Shown here: positions 49,400 to 61,519 of the stretch, one piece after another
Layout: each line of letters begins with the position of its first letter
Numbering within the stretch: position 1 is the first letter of the stretch
From: Heteronotia binoei
Lineage: Eukaryota
DNA: 64,000 nucleotides
Direction of reading: 5' to 3'
NCBI RefSeq assembly: GCF_032191835.1
Contig: NC_083224.1
Span: forward strand, 22,630,001 to 22,694,000
Notes under the pieces: generated by a model
Databases searched by the model: none
Told to the model about the DNA's origin: nothing
Seen by the model: only the letters and a program-made list of their open reading frames with translations
Position numbers and translations under genes: made by a program

Positions 49400-51850
49400 G
49401 TTGGAGGAAGGAAACAGAAAATCTTGAACAACTTCAGTTTCTTCATAATCAGCATTCAATTTCTGTAATTCTTCACTAGTCATTATTTTTGCCTTCCTGG
49501 TCTTCAGCTGTAATCTTCCTTTAACATTTTCTGCTCTAGCCTTCATTAATAATGTTTTCAGGTCTTTACTACTTTCTGCCAGTAATGTGGTCTCATCTGC
49601 ATATCTCAGATTCTTAATCTTCCTTCCTACCATTTTCACTTCCCCATCTTCTCAATGTAATCCAGCTTTCCTTATTCTATGTTCTGCATATAGATTGATG
49701 AGACAGGGAGATAACATGCATCCTACTCTGGCACCAATTGGAAATCGTTCTATTTCTGCATATTCTAACAGTAATCTCTTGCCCAGGATATGTATCAATA
49801 CAATCAGATGTTGTGGCACACTCATTTCTTTTCAAACCAACCATACCTTTGCTTGATCCCAGCAGTCAAAAGAATGGATGAAGGCTGTGAATCACAAGCT
49901 GGTTTTCTTCTGAAATGCTCTCCTTTGCTCCATTAACCAATGTGAATTTGCAGTATGATCTCAGGTGCCTCTTCCTTCTGTAAATCCACGTGGAACATCT
50001 GGCATTTCTCTTTCATTATATGACCACAGGCCTTGTTGTAAATTGTTGAGCATCACTTGACTTGCATGAGGAATTAATGCAGTGGTCCGATAGTTGCTCA
50101 GTCTTTGATGTCTCTGTTTTTTGGAATTGGAATTTAATGTGCACATTTCCATTCTGTGGGCCATTATTTTGTTTCCATCTTTGTTAGATTCTTATTAAGA
50201 TTTTGATGGACTCCTTTTCTGTGGCTTGGAATACCTCCCCTGATATCCCATCTACTTATAAGAACATAAGAGAAGCCATATTGGATCAGGCCCATGGCCC
50301 ATCCAGTCCAACACTCTGTGTCACATAGTGGCCAAAAAAACCAACTGCCATCAGGAGGTCCACCAGTGGGTCCCGGACACTAGAAGCCCTCCCACTGTGC
50401 CCCCCCCCCAAGCACCAAGAATACAGAGCATCACTGCCCCAGACAGAAAGTTCCAACGATAAGCTGTGGCTAATAGCCACTGATGGACCTCTGCTCCATC
50501 TGCTTATCCAATCCCCTCTTGAAGCTGTCTATACTTGTAGCCGCCGCCACCTCCTGTGGCAGTGAATTCCACATGTTAATCATCCTTTGGGTGAAGAAGC
50601 ACTTCCTTTTATCAGTTCTAACCCAACTGCTTAGCAATTTCATTGAATGTCCACGAGTTCTCGTATTGTGAGAAAAGGAGAAAAGTACTTTCTCTCCCTT
50701 CTCTATCCCATGCATAATCTTGTAAACCTCTATTATGTCACCCCTCAGTCGACGTTTCTCCAAGCTAGAGCCCCAAGCGTTTTAACTTTTCTTCCTAGAG
50801 AAAGTGTTCCAACCCTTTAATCATTCTAGTTGCCCTTTTCTGGACTTTTCCCAATACTATAATAGCTTTTTTGAGGTGCAGTGACCAGAATTGTACACAA
50901 TATTCGAAATGAGGCTGCACTAGCGATTTATACAGGTGCATTATGATACTGACTGAGTTGTTTTCAATTCCCTTTGTAATAATTCCTAGTATGGCGTTGG
51001 CCTTTTTTATTCACAGACTGTCTCGACATTTACAGTGAGTTATCTACCAAAATCCCAAAATCTCTCTCTTGGTCAGACTCTGCCAGTTCACACCCCATCA
51101 ACTTGTATTTATAGTTAGGATTTTTGGCCCCAATGTGCATTACTTTGCATTTGACCATGTTAAACCTCATTTGCCATGTTGATGTTCACTCGTCCAGCCT
51201 CGACAGATCCCTTTGGAGTGCCTCACAATCCTCTCTGGTTCTTGCCACCCTGAACAATTTAGTGTCATCCACAAAGTTAGCCACTTCACTGCTTACTCCC
51301 AACTCCAGATCATTAATGAACATGTTAAAAAGCATCGGACCCAGTACTGAGCCCTGTGGCACCTCACTGCTTGCTATTCTCCACTGAGAAAATTGCCCAT
51401 TTATACTCACTCTTCGTTTCCTATTAATAAGCCAGTTTTTGATCCACAAGAGGACTTGTCCTTTTACTCCATGACTCTCGAGCTTACTAAGGAGCCTTTG
51501 ATGAGGAACTTTATCAAAAGCTTTCTGGAAGTCAAGGTAAACAACATCTATTGGGTTCCCTTTGTCCACATGTTTGTTCACCCCCTCAAAGAACTCTTAA
51601 CAGGTTAGTGAGACAAGATCTTCCCTTACAGAACCTATGCTGAATCTTCCTCAATCACTCCTGGTGATTTCTTTCTTCCAGTTCTTCTCAGTGCAGTTAA
51701 ACTTTCTAAAACTCTTCTTTGTTGTTCAACATATTCTTCTTGAAAGGTATCTGTCCTTCTTTCATATGTTTCTTATAATGCTTAGATATATTGCTCCTAT
51801 GTTTTCTTCGATATTTCTTTGATATTTCTTCTTCTAGATAATTCAATAGG
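49400..51850 (-). mobile_element. BovB LINE fragment split by a CR1 insertion
   Basis: Minus ORFs LSNYRTTALIPHASQVML and KIKNLRYADETTLLAES (RT YADD-like motif). Continues after 51645. Confidence 0.8.
50258..51645 (-). mobile_element. CR1 LINE 3' 1.4 kb
   Basis: VDKGNPIDVVYLDFQKAFDKVPHQRLLSKL...SEVPQGSVLGPMLFNMFINDL...FVDDTKL (RT) and LRGDIIEVYKIMHG...WNSLP. (ATAAGAAC)n tail at 50258. Confidence 0.95.
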
Positions 51851-51997
51851 CTGGGAAGAAAATCCAACCCTGGTTCTTGCCCCTGTGGCTATAGCAGCTC
51901 TGGTGGTCAGGGATGAGGAGTTTGGGAGTGGGTCAGGATCCATCCCTCCTCCCTGTTCCATTCCTTCTCTTACCCCTATCCCTTGCTGTTGTTTCAG

Positions 51998-52112
51998 ATG
52001 TGGGGAGGATCCGTGAAGGTGGAAGGAAAGTTCTCTGAGGCAGAAGGAGCTCTGTCAGAGGAAGGTCAGAGGGCACAGGCCCAGGAGCATGCCCGAGAGG
52101 CCCTGTCAAGTG
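51998..52112 (+). CDS. Gene 3 115-bp exon (open)
   Basis: TTTCAG|ATGTGG acceptor, AGTG|GTAAGG donor. MWGGSVKVEGKFSEAEGALSEEGQRAQAQEHAREALSS. Confidence 0.88.
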
Positions 52113-52725
52113 GTAAGGGGGCCTCCTGCCCAGAAGGGATTGGGACATGTAGTGAAGTTGTTGAGCAGAAGCTTCAGGACTGGAGAAAAGGAAAATACTT
52201 CTATGTAGAATGGAGTTCTGGGGGAAAGTGCCCTAGGATGTTGCGATGTCCACTCCCACTTTAAGGGGTAGTGTACAGATTCATGGAGACCAATTCCATT
52301 CATATTTACATTAATGGAAATAGGCATATCTCACCTTCCATCCACTGGAAGGACTCAAGGTGGCTGAAAAAAGAAAAGGGAGAGAAATCTGGGTGCAGCT
52401 ATGAGAGAAGGTGAATCAATAGAAATTCCACACTCCCCTGACCAGCATGGCCCCAAATGACCAAGGTCATCAGATCTCAGAAGCTAAGAATGGTCAGCCC
52501 TGATTAGTTTTTAGATTGGGAGACCTCCAAAGAAATTCAAGGTTGTTCTGGAGAGGCAGGCAATGACATACCACCTCTGCATCTCTCTTGCTTTGAAGAA
52601 CTGGAGTCCCCATAAGTCAGCTGTGACTTGATAGTGCTTTAGATGCACCAACCCACCATATTCTGGGGTAGGAAATCTCATAAGTTCCATTGCCACAAGC
52701 CAGTAATTTGGGCTCTGTGTCCCTG

Positions 52726-53555
52726 CGTAGCAGGAAAACCCCACTTTGCCAATTAAAGCAGGTGCAGAGACAAAGGAGGTCTGAGGCAAGATCAGGAGAA
52801 CAGCTTTTCTTTTATTTGAATAGACACGTGCGGGCCAGACTTCCTCGGCATCTGCCCAAAAGTGGAAGTCTGAGCCCCGATTACAGTTAGGCAAGGCTTT
52901 TTATACCATTTCTCAACATAGATGTTTACATTCATGGTGCTCTTATACACGTCCTGCACTGATGGCACAAGTTGTCCACTTCCGTACCTTTTAGCACTGA
53001 CCCATTCTGTGGTTTGCTGTTTTGTCAGCACAGACCGTTATCCACGTGTTAACATGCTAGGTGGTTTTCTTGCTGGTGCCTATGCGGCTTACAGTGTCAG
53101 CTTACTGTAACTTCTGCTTTTTCCCTATACTATTTGTGCTGTTTTGTTAAGAGACACATTTGATCATACTTAAAACTCTATTTGGCCTACAGCCTGATTA
53201 TTACTTAGTAGGCTGTGCTATATACTCATTACAATGGCTTTTGGCTGGTCATGCATGAATTGCTTAGGCAAATGCATATATATATATATCAGCTTTCACA
53301 GAGTCAAAAAAGGGGAAGTGAAAAGGAAACCCACAGGCCTTCAGTAAACACACAGCTTGGTTGCTAAGATGTCACAATCCACGTTCAGTTAACCGCTAGC
53401 TAGTTCCTCTTTTAGCAGCTGCTTCACACAAAGCACACAGAGGCATTTCTAAAAGCATTTCTGTTTGCCTTATTGTCCCTACGTTGCCATTAGCCCCCCC
53501 AGCCCCCTTAATATAGATTATTGATATCGCTATTGTCTCTTGGCCTGTTGCCACA
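52726..53555 (-). mobile_element. Solo LTR (830 bp), antisense in gene 3 intron 2
   Basis: 4-bp TSD CCTG (52722-25, 53556-59). Minus strand starts TGTGGCAACA. Minus-strand TATAAAA (52899-52905) and AATAAA (52811-16). Empty site in gene 2 (GTGACCCTGCTTTAAAGG, ~24965). Confidence 0.78.
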
Positions 53556-54195
53556 CCTGCTTAAAGGCTTTTCCAGGGCATCTGGGGGGCCACAGTCAGA
53601 AAGGGGATACTGGATTAGGGATGCCAGTCCGTGGACTAGATCCATGTGAGGGTTCAGGATCGAGCATGGTGTCATTTTCATGTCTTGTTTGGCTGAAAAC
53701 CTGGATGTGAACTCAAAGCATCAGCAGACACTCTGGAAACGCATTGGCAGTTCCCCAGAGTGTTAGCTGATGTGCTAAAATCATATGGATTTGGGGCAGG
53801 ATGTGATGGTGACGTGTCATGCGATGTGATTTCAGGTCACCTCCTTTTCTCCTGCCATTCCTGACTCCAGGATGGGTAAGAAGCCCCAGCAGGTGGGAGA
53901 ATGTCACCGCTAGACTTTTGTTCTGATCCAGCAGGGATGTTGCAACCATTTGAGCTCCAAGGGCACATTTCAAGTCTTACAGAAGTCTGAAATGCGTTGA
54001 CAGCATTTATAACCCCCCGAGGCTCATGGGTACCTTTCTTACAGTTGACTAAAAGTTATGACAACTTTTCTTGAGTGTAAAGAAGACAAAGTTTCAGAAT
54101 CCTAGGAAAGGGGATGCATAAGCAGGATTCAGACAAGCAAAGAACATCGAAATATGAGGCTAAAATCCTTCCTTCCAATTTTGTCTCCTTTTCAG

Positions 54196-54266
54196 GCAGT
54201 GAAGACATTTTGTTGAACCGTTTTCTTTGCAGAGAACTGGAAACAGCAGCTCCACCTCTGGTCCAG
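54196..54266 (+). CDS. Gene 3 71-bp exon (open)
   Basis: TTTTCAG acceptor, CCAG|GTAGGG donor. SEDILLNRFLCRELETAAPPLVQ. Confidence 0.88.
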
Positions 54267-54350
54267 GTAGGGGGGGAAATGAACGGGGAATAGTCAGGGC
54301 CTTTGCTCCATTCTCAGGGATGCTTTTGCTCCTGTTGTCTGAGGAAGAGA

Positions 54351-55049
54351 TGCAAATTGATAGCCAACTGCTGGAATGGCATCAATTCAACCTACGATGA
54401 GTGCTTGTGTTTTCTCTTAATAATGCAACTTATTCTTAGGAATGCAACTTATTCACAGTGGAAAAAAAATATGTATTACAGAAACTTGACATTCAAAACA
54501 ACATCATATAATACAAAAACCTTACATCTGCCTGAGGCTATACCACAGGAAAAAGACACTGCTTAAGTCATCTGAAAAAATATGGATGGTGTCTCTTCCT
54601 CAGTAACTTTTTGTATGGCATAGACACTCAGAATCTTGGCAGAATATTGTTGGTCTTAGCCTGCTTTATTTCCTATGGTTCACTGAAGAAGGGAGACCAA
54701 AATGAGACAATTATCCAGAAATCTTGTGTGAACTTGAGAATTTGTGAACTTTGGATTGAATTTCTGATTCAGCAACTTTGTACTTTGTATCTGTTAACTG
54801 AGTAATTTTGATGTTGTAACTCTGTATTTTAGACTTACATCCCTTGAATGACACAAAACTTGTAAAGTTATTGATTTTTCAGGCAAATGTAAGATTTTTG
54901 TATCATGAAAATGTTGTCTTGAATGACCAGTTTCTGTAATCTCTATATTGTTCACTATGAATAAGTTACGTTATTAAGAGAAAACACAGGCACTCATGGT
55001 AGTTTGAATAACTTTATTTTGATGCCATTCCATCAGTTGGCTTTCAAAA
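54351..55049. mobile_element. Unclassified 699-bp insertion with ~170-180-bp imperfect terminal inverted repeats and 14-bp TSD
   Basis: TSD GTCTGAGGAAGAGA (54337-50, 55050-63). Arms 54357-54535 and 54879-55047 are reverse complements. Paralogous introns are ~207 bp with one copy of the TSD-like sequence. Confidence 0.85.
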
Positions 55050-55192
55050 GTCTGAGGAAGAGACACTCTGAATGGCAGTGCTGTTACAGATACCGAGTTC
55101 TCCCTCTTCCACCCTCACAAAATACCGTGGTCGAGAGGGTCAGATATCTTCCTGGCATGGTCTCTGATGAGGGAATCTGCTTTTTCTTTCAG

Positions 55193-56386
55193 TCTCCATG
55201 TTCCTTTGAGAAGCCTTTTGAATGCTTAGAGTGTGGGAAGAGGTTCAGTCACAGAAGCACTCTTCACCACCATCAAAATATCCATACAGGGGAGAAGCCT
55301 TTTGAATGCTCAGAGTGTGGGAAGAGTTTCAGTCACAGTAGCAATCTTCAAAAACATCTAAGAACCCACACAGGGGAGAAGCCTTTTGAATGCTCAGAGT
55401 GTGGAAAGAGGTTCAGTGACAGAAGTACTCTTCAGCGTCATCAGAGAATCCATACAGGGAAGAAGCCTTTTGAATGCTCAGAATGTGGGAAGAGATTCAT
55501 TCGGAGTGGCCATCTTCAAAGTCATCTCCGAGCCCACACAGGGGAGAAGCCTTTTGAATGCTCAGAGTGTGGGAAGAGATTCAGTCAGAGTGGCCATCTT
55601 CGACAGCATCAAAGAACCCACACAGGGGAGAAGTCTTTTGAATGCTCAGAGTGTGGGAAGAGGTTCAGTGACAAGAGCACTCTTCACCACCATCAAAGTA
55701 TCCATACAGGGGAGAAGCCTTTTGAATGTTCAGAGTGTGGGAAGAGATTCAGCCACAGTAGCAGTCTTCAAAAACATCTAAGAACCCACACAGGGGAGAA
55801 GCCTTTTGAATGCTCAGAGTGCGGGAAGAGATTCAGTCAGAATGGCAGTCTTCAACTGCATCAAAGAACCCACACAGGGGAGAAGCCTTTTGAATGCTCA
55901 GAGTGTGGGAAGAGATTCAGTCACAGAAGCACTCTTCACCACCATCAAAGTATCCATACAGGGGAGAAGCCTTTTGAATGCTCAGAGTGTGGGAAAAGAT
56001 TCAGTCACAATAGCAGTCTTCAGAAACATCTAAGAATCCATAGAGGGGATAAGGCCTTTGAATGCTCAGAGTGTGGAAAGAAACTTAGGGACAATAGCAG
56101 TCTTCAAAAACATCAAAGAATCCATACAGGGGAGAAGCCTTTTGAATGCTCAGAGTGTGGGAAGGGATTCAGTCAGAGTGGCAGTCTTCAACTGCATCAA
56201 AGAACCCACACAGGGGAGAAGCCTTTTGAATGCTCAGAGTGTGGGAAGAGATTCAGTCAGAGTGGCAGTCTTCAAAAACATCAAAGAACCCACACAGGAG
56301 AGAAGCCTTTTGAATGCTCAGAGTGTGGGAAGAGATTCAGTCGGAGTGGCAGTCTTCAGATGCATCAAGGAACCCACACAGGGTAG
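55193..56386 (+). CDS. Gene 3 chimeric terminal exon: KRAB-A acceptor + SPCSFE fused to 14 C2H2 fingers
   Basis: The KRAB-exon acceptor context (GATGAGGGAATCTGCTTTTTCTTTCAG|TCTCCA) is followed after 6 codons by KPFEC. Open to TAG at 56384-86. Confidence 0.9.
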   Translation, partial: SPCSFEKPFECLECGKRFSHRSTLHHHQNIHTGEKPFECSECGKSFSHSSNLQKHLRTHTGEKPFECSECGKRFSDRSTLQRHQRIHTGKKPFECSECGKRFIRSGHLQSHLRAHTGEKPFECSECGKRFSQSGHLRQHQRTHTGEKSFECSECGKRFSDKSTLHHHQSIHTGEKPFECSECGKRFSHSSSLQKHLRTHTGEKPFECSECGKRFSQNGSLQLHQRTHTGEKPFECSECGKRFSHRSTLHHHQSIHTGEKPFECSECGKRFSHNSSLQKHLRIHRGDKAFECSECGKKLRDNSSLQKHQRIHTGEKPFECSECGKGFSQSGSLQLHQRTHTGEKPFECSECGKRFSQSGSLQKHQRTHTGEKPFECSECGKRFSRSGSLQMHQGTHTG

Positions 56387-56640
<254 letters not shown>

Positions 56641-58036
56641 GCCTAGGAAGGCATATTGAACTCTGTTGTTACTAGGATATGACATGAATTTTATGGACTT
56701 TACTAGTAATAAGGCCCATTGTAGGGAGATATACAGTGGATGCTAGAAATTTGCTATAGGTGGGTTTATGGCCTTGGCATGGGGCTGTGGGTGGGGGGAA
56801 AAGATAGAAAGAGGCAAGGTATGTCAAGAAGGCAGTAATTTGGAAGGGAAATGGAGAAAGTGGGGAAATGTGGGAAAGGTTATCAGAGAAGAGGGGTATC
56901 TTGAGAAAGAAGGGATGGGGGGCAAAAGAGATGGGGGTAGATTGCTTTCCATCTCTTCCCCCCTGCCTGCATCCTCTGTAAAGAAAAAGGGCAGTTTTTC
57001 TTCACAGTGGGGTCCAAAGCATTCTTCTCTTCCCTCTTTTGATCTGCACAACAACCCTCTGGGACAGGTTAGGCTGAAAGTCTGTGACTGGTCTGAAATC
57101 ACCCAGTCAGCTTCCACAGCAAGAGGCTGGGTCTGGCAGACCCTGCTCTGAAGTGCCAGCTGCCACATCATACTGGCTGTCATAGGTGGGAGACTTCAGC
57201 AGGTTATAATGATTCAGAGTGTACCAGTTTCTCTCAGGGAAATGATATCTGCCGATCTGGAGAGAAGTTGTAGTTCTGAGTGATCTCCAGGCCTCACCTG
57301 GAGATTGGCAACAATGGTTTCCTAGGAGGAGATGCCTGGTTTGGGATGGAGTCTATGGCATTGTTCTTGTCTGAGTTCCCACTCTTCCTCAAACCCTACC
57401 CTCTCCAGGCTTCACCCCTCAAATCTCCAAGAATTTCCAAATCTAGAGTTGGCAACCTTCTGTTTCTCAGCCAAACATCAACCTACCTTTATCTGACCCC
57501 TGACTTCAGTTTTCCATCTCCTCTCCCCACCCTAGTCTTTCTCCACATTGGGGACCAAAGCAGTTTACATAATTTTTCTCTCGCCTTTTTGATCTGCACA
57601 ACCCTGTGAGGTAGGTTATGTTGAAAGTCTGTGACTGGTCTGAAATCACCCAGTCAGCTTCCACAGTGGGAATCCGGGTCTGGCAGACCCCGCCCTAAAG
57701 TGCTGGCTGTTGTGTCACAGTGGCTGTCAAAGTGATTGTGGGCTGAAACCATATGTAATACTTCCACTTAAATGTACTTTAAATAGGATACTTTTAAGAG
57801 ATGAACTGGGCTCTATTTCTTACATTTGCTAAATAACTGCAGCACCATCCCCTTCAATTATATATCAATAAAATCATGCCAGAAACTTATTTCCCTGAGG
57901 ATCTAATGGAGCACCATTTATGAATCTTTACTATAGCTCTGTGTCTTATACCTTTAAGAAAAAGCTATCCAAGACACAGCTGCATGGAGTTACCTAAATT
58001 AGTTTTCTTTAAGTAGAATTTTCAAGCTTTTTGGAG

Positions 58037-58318
58037 AGAGCATTTTGCCAGTAAAATTTAGAAGGCTTTTGCATTTAGTTAGAAGAGGTTCAGGATTGGC
58101 TTGCTTCTAAATTAAACACTTATGTGGTATTGAGAGCATTTTGCCATCAAAATTCATTAGGCTTTTGCATCTGGTTAGAAAAGAGATTCAGAAATAGCTG
58201 GCTCCTAATGTAAATGTAATGCAGAGAGCATTTGGCCAGCCAAATCCAGAAGGCTTTTGCATCTGATTAGGGAAGAGGTTTAGAACTGGCTTGCTCCTAG
58301 TGTAGAATGTAGATTCAG
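58037..58318. repeat. Three diverged ~95-bp tandem repeats
   Basis: AGAGCATTT.GCCA...AGGCTTTTGCAT...GTTAG..AAGAG.TT.AG recurs at 58037, 58133 and 58225. Confidence 0.75.
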
Positions 58319-58367
58319 ATTTGCATTAGAACATGCACAGAGTACCATTTACATTTGCACTAACTCT

Positions 58368-58783
58368 CCCTCTCTCGGCTTGACTTCGCGAACGAAGATT
58401 TAAGAAAGGTGCAGTAGTCCACGTCTGCTGCAGGCTCACTGGTGACTGACAAGACCAATGAACAGGCAAGTCCGGCCACAGTGGCTGCAGGAAAAAGTCT
58501 GATTTGAGGTTGGTGCTGTAGCAGTGCGATTCTTCCTCAATCTCCTTTTGTCCTCAAGACCAGCTATGCGTGCGTTCTCAAAGGAAGAGACAGCCTGGTG
58601 GATGGTGTGCCTCCATGCTTTGCGATCTGAGGCTAGGTCAGACCACTGGTGATGGTTGATGCAACAGGTACCAAGGGATTTCTTCAAGGAGTCCTTGTAC
58701 CTCTTCTTTGGTGCCCCTCTATTTCGATGGCCGGTGGAAAGTTCGCCATACAGGGCAATCTTGGGAAGGCGGTGGTTTTCCAT
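58368..58783 (-). mobile_element. RTE-type LINE 3' end, 5'-truncated
   Basis: Near-identical to 22240-22657. Exact 10-bp TSD CACTAACTCT (58358-67, 58784-93). Confidence 0.92.
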
Positions 58784-59789
58784 CACTAACTCTAATCATA
58801 GAACATATGTGCACTAACTGATCACAGAACCTGCCTTAATATACATGACATGGGCTCATGGTGGTCTTTGAGAACAAAGAGGGAAAGTACATTGCATACC
58901 ACAAAGGCCTTTCTCCACTAAGAATATGTTATCTGGGTATGTCCTGTAAACATCTTCTAGAAGAAAGGAGATAATTTTCCTACCACCAGAAAAAGCCTAG
59001 CTTGAAGGTCAGAACACTCCCCACAGTAGAAATTTCACCTATTGATACATTCTCTGGAACCGAGCTGGAAATCTAAAACAAAGAACCCCTTGGCCATATG
59101 CACATCCCTAGAAGAACACCTAACCGCAGAGTTCCGTCCAGATGCTAGATGCCAGGAAGACAGGAGATGGGGAGTACAGAACAAAGAAATCCCCAAGGAA
59201 TTACTTCATCCTGAAAGAGACGGACTTTAAGCCAGTGAGATACCACAAAAGGCCTGTAATGCTTTAGGGCCTCCTAAAATCATTAGTAAATTTTGACCTT
59301 GGGATGCCCAGAGTCAGGCCAAGAATCTAGTGTTTTCTTAAATTGTAACTTAGACCTGGGGCCTGGAGTGTTAGTGTTTACATAAGCCTAGGCAGGGTTG
59401 GTATGTAACTTTGACAAATTGGGTTCAGCTGTGAGGGGTGCCAGGAAGAGAGAGCTTGTTTAATTGAGAGAAGATATTTTTCCACTGCAGGGGAGAGGTT
59501 TGGGATTAATCTAGATCACTCTGTGACTAAGGAGTGGATTTAACATCGCAGGTGAAATTGATTGCAAGGGCCCTGGCAATTAATGGGACCTGGCTATAAA
59601 GAATAGGTATTCCAAGCCCAATTTGAGTCTGACGCCTCTCAGACTTCCTTCATGCCTCAGTGTGTTGTTCTGCTGTTAAACTGAACTCGGAGTGATGGCA
59701 GTATTTTTGTGTTGTAACCTTGGTGTACCTGGCTGAACTTTAATATTATTATTATTAATACCCTACAGTCCTATTCTGACTGAAGTTCT

Positions 59790-60300
59790 ATATTTATTTA
59801 TTATTTATTACATTTGACTTATATCCCGCCCTCTCCGCAAGCGGACTCGGGGCGGCTCACAGTATCATATCTACACAGTTAAACCAATAAAATATATAAA
59901 ACCATAATTTACATTTACATTTTCCAGTTTAAAAACATATTACAATTTTTAAAACCATTATATAGTGCTGAATCCATACATTATAAGCGGCATTAAAAAA
60001 TTCCAAGCAGTGATCACCGGCATTCTGTGTGATGTCCGGTGGCAGCCATCTTTTCGTCAAGCATCGAAGGCCTGCTTGAACAACTCGGTCTTACAGGCCC
60101 TGCGGAATGCAGACAGATCCCGCAGGGCCCATATGGCTTCTGGAAGGGCATTCCAAAGCTCTGGTGCTGCCACCGAAAAAGCCCTAGATCTTGTCAAGCA
60201 TAACCTGGCTTCTTTTGGTCTGGGAGCAGAGAGTAGGTTTTTTGCCCCTGAACGCAGTGCTCTCTGGGGATATATGGAGAAAGGCGGTCCCGTAGATATG
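59790..60300 (-). mobile_element. L2 LINE 3' end
   Basis: RAFSVAAPELWNALPEAIWALRDLSAFRRACKTELFKQAF, plus (ATTT)n/TATATCCCGCC tail. Confidence 0.9.
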
Positions 60301-60311
60301 CAGGTCCCTGA

Positions 60312-60491
60312 CCAGTTCTTATAGCCAGCTTCAAGAGGGGATTGGATAAAAATACAGAGCAGAGGTCCATCAGTGGTTATTAGCCGCAGTGTGTGTGTGT
60401 ATGTATTTTGGCCACTGTGTGATACAGAGTGTTGGACTGGATGGGCCATTGGCCTGATCCAACATGGCTTCTCTTATATTCTTATGTTCTT
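60312..60491 (+). mobile_element. CR1 3' end
   Basis: GCTTCAAGAGGGGATTGGATAA...TGTTGGACTGGATGGGCCATTGGCCTGATCCAACATGGCTTCTCTTATATTCTTATGTTCTTA. Confidence 0.88.
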
Positions 60492-61227
60492 AAGTTGACT
60501 ACGTCTGGCAACTATGCTAAATGTTAGTAAGGCTGGTTAAGCATAGGTCTGTTACTTTCATGCCTTCCTATAACCTTAATGGTTAATTCTTCTTTGCACA
60601 CAATAAAATATCTCTTATCAGTTAAACTGTGTGGAGTCTTTGGCTTCAAGTCTCCAAAGGCTAAATTCAGTGTCTTAGACTGGGGCTACCTACTGAGATA
60701 AGAATTCTTTACTGAGAGCCTTCCTTGCAGGGTGATAATTAGTCTCCCAGGAAGGGCTGGAGTTTTTCTTTGAGACTCTGGCCTTGGGAACCTGTGGGGT
60801 GGTGGCAGCAATAGAGACACAGGCTGGACTCCTGGGGGCTAGCAAGGGTCCTTGGACACTGGAGCCTAGCCTAACTGGGACTCCCTGCCAGCCAGTAGTG
60901 GGAGCTGGCTGCTCACAGGGGGTGGAATTCCTTTACAAGGCCAAAAGTGAGGATTTTTGTAACCAATCAACTAGACCTGCTTTGTTATCCAAATTGTATA
61001 AATGTTGGGGCTTTGTGAAGATGGGTTTGAGGAAAAACACAGGAAGGATGTTGGTACAGAAAGTGTGGCTTTTCCTCCTGCCACTGGTGGTAATAAAGGA
61101 ATCTGAATCAACTCACTTGGATCTCTTGGTGTTGAGTCTCTTAAATTGGGCTGGAGGGGCTCAACTTTTGGCACTGATGTTGTTTGCAACACTAGTATAA
61201 ACACCTGAGGCTGAGAGGGATAGAGCA

Positions 61228-61503
61228 TGGGTGGCTAAACTTGCTTAACATAAGAGCTGCATAGAATAAACATCAGATGTTTGAGAGTTGGAACGAAAGA
61301 GAACAGATGGGAGGGAGGGAAAGGTGGAAAGAAAGGAACTTTAAATGTATTCTCCAAGCCACGGGCTGGCTTGCCATGGGGAAGTTATTTGAAGAGAGAA
61401 ATGCTTTAACCAGCTGATGGGGTTGGTGGGGGGGAGGTTTGGAGAGCCACACAATATGTCTGAAAGAACCACATGTAGCTCCCGAACTGCAGTTTGGCCA
61501 GCC
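61228..61503. mobile_element. hAT-Charlie-like MITE
   Basis: GGGTGGCTAAACTTGCTTAACATAAGAGC..CATAGAATAAACATCAGATGTTTGAG...GTTTGGCCAGCCCTG. Same family as ~14400 and ~43835. Confidence 0.7.
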
Positions 61504-61519
61504 CTGTTCAAGGCCACGT

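Noticed and set aside
55004-55192. N-terminal extension of the 460-aa ORF (MNNF...EGICFFFQ)
   Set aside because: It starts at a non-ATG codon inside the inverted-repeat insertion and reads through intron sequence homologous to the paralogs' KRAB acceptor. The true exon start is 55193.
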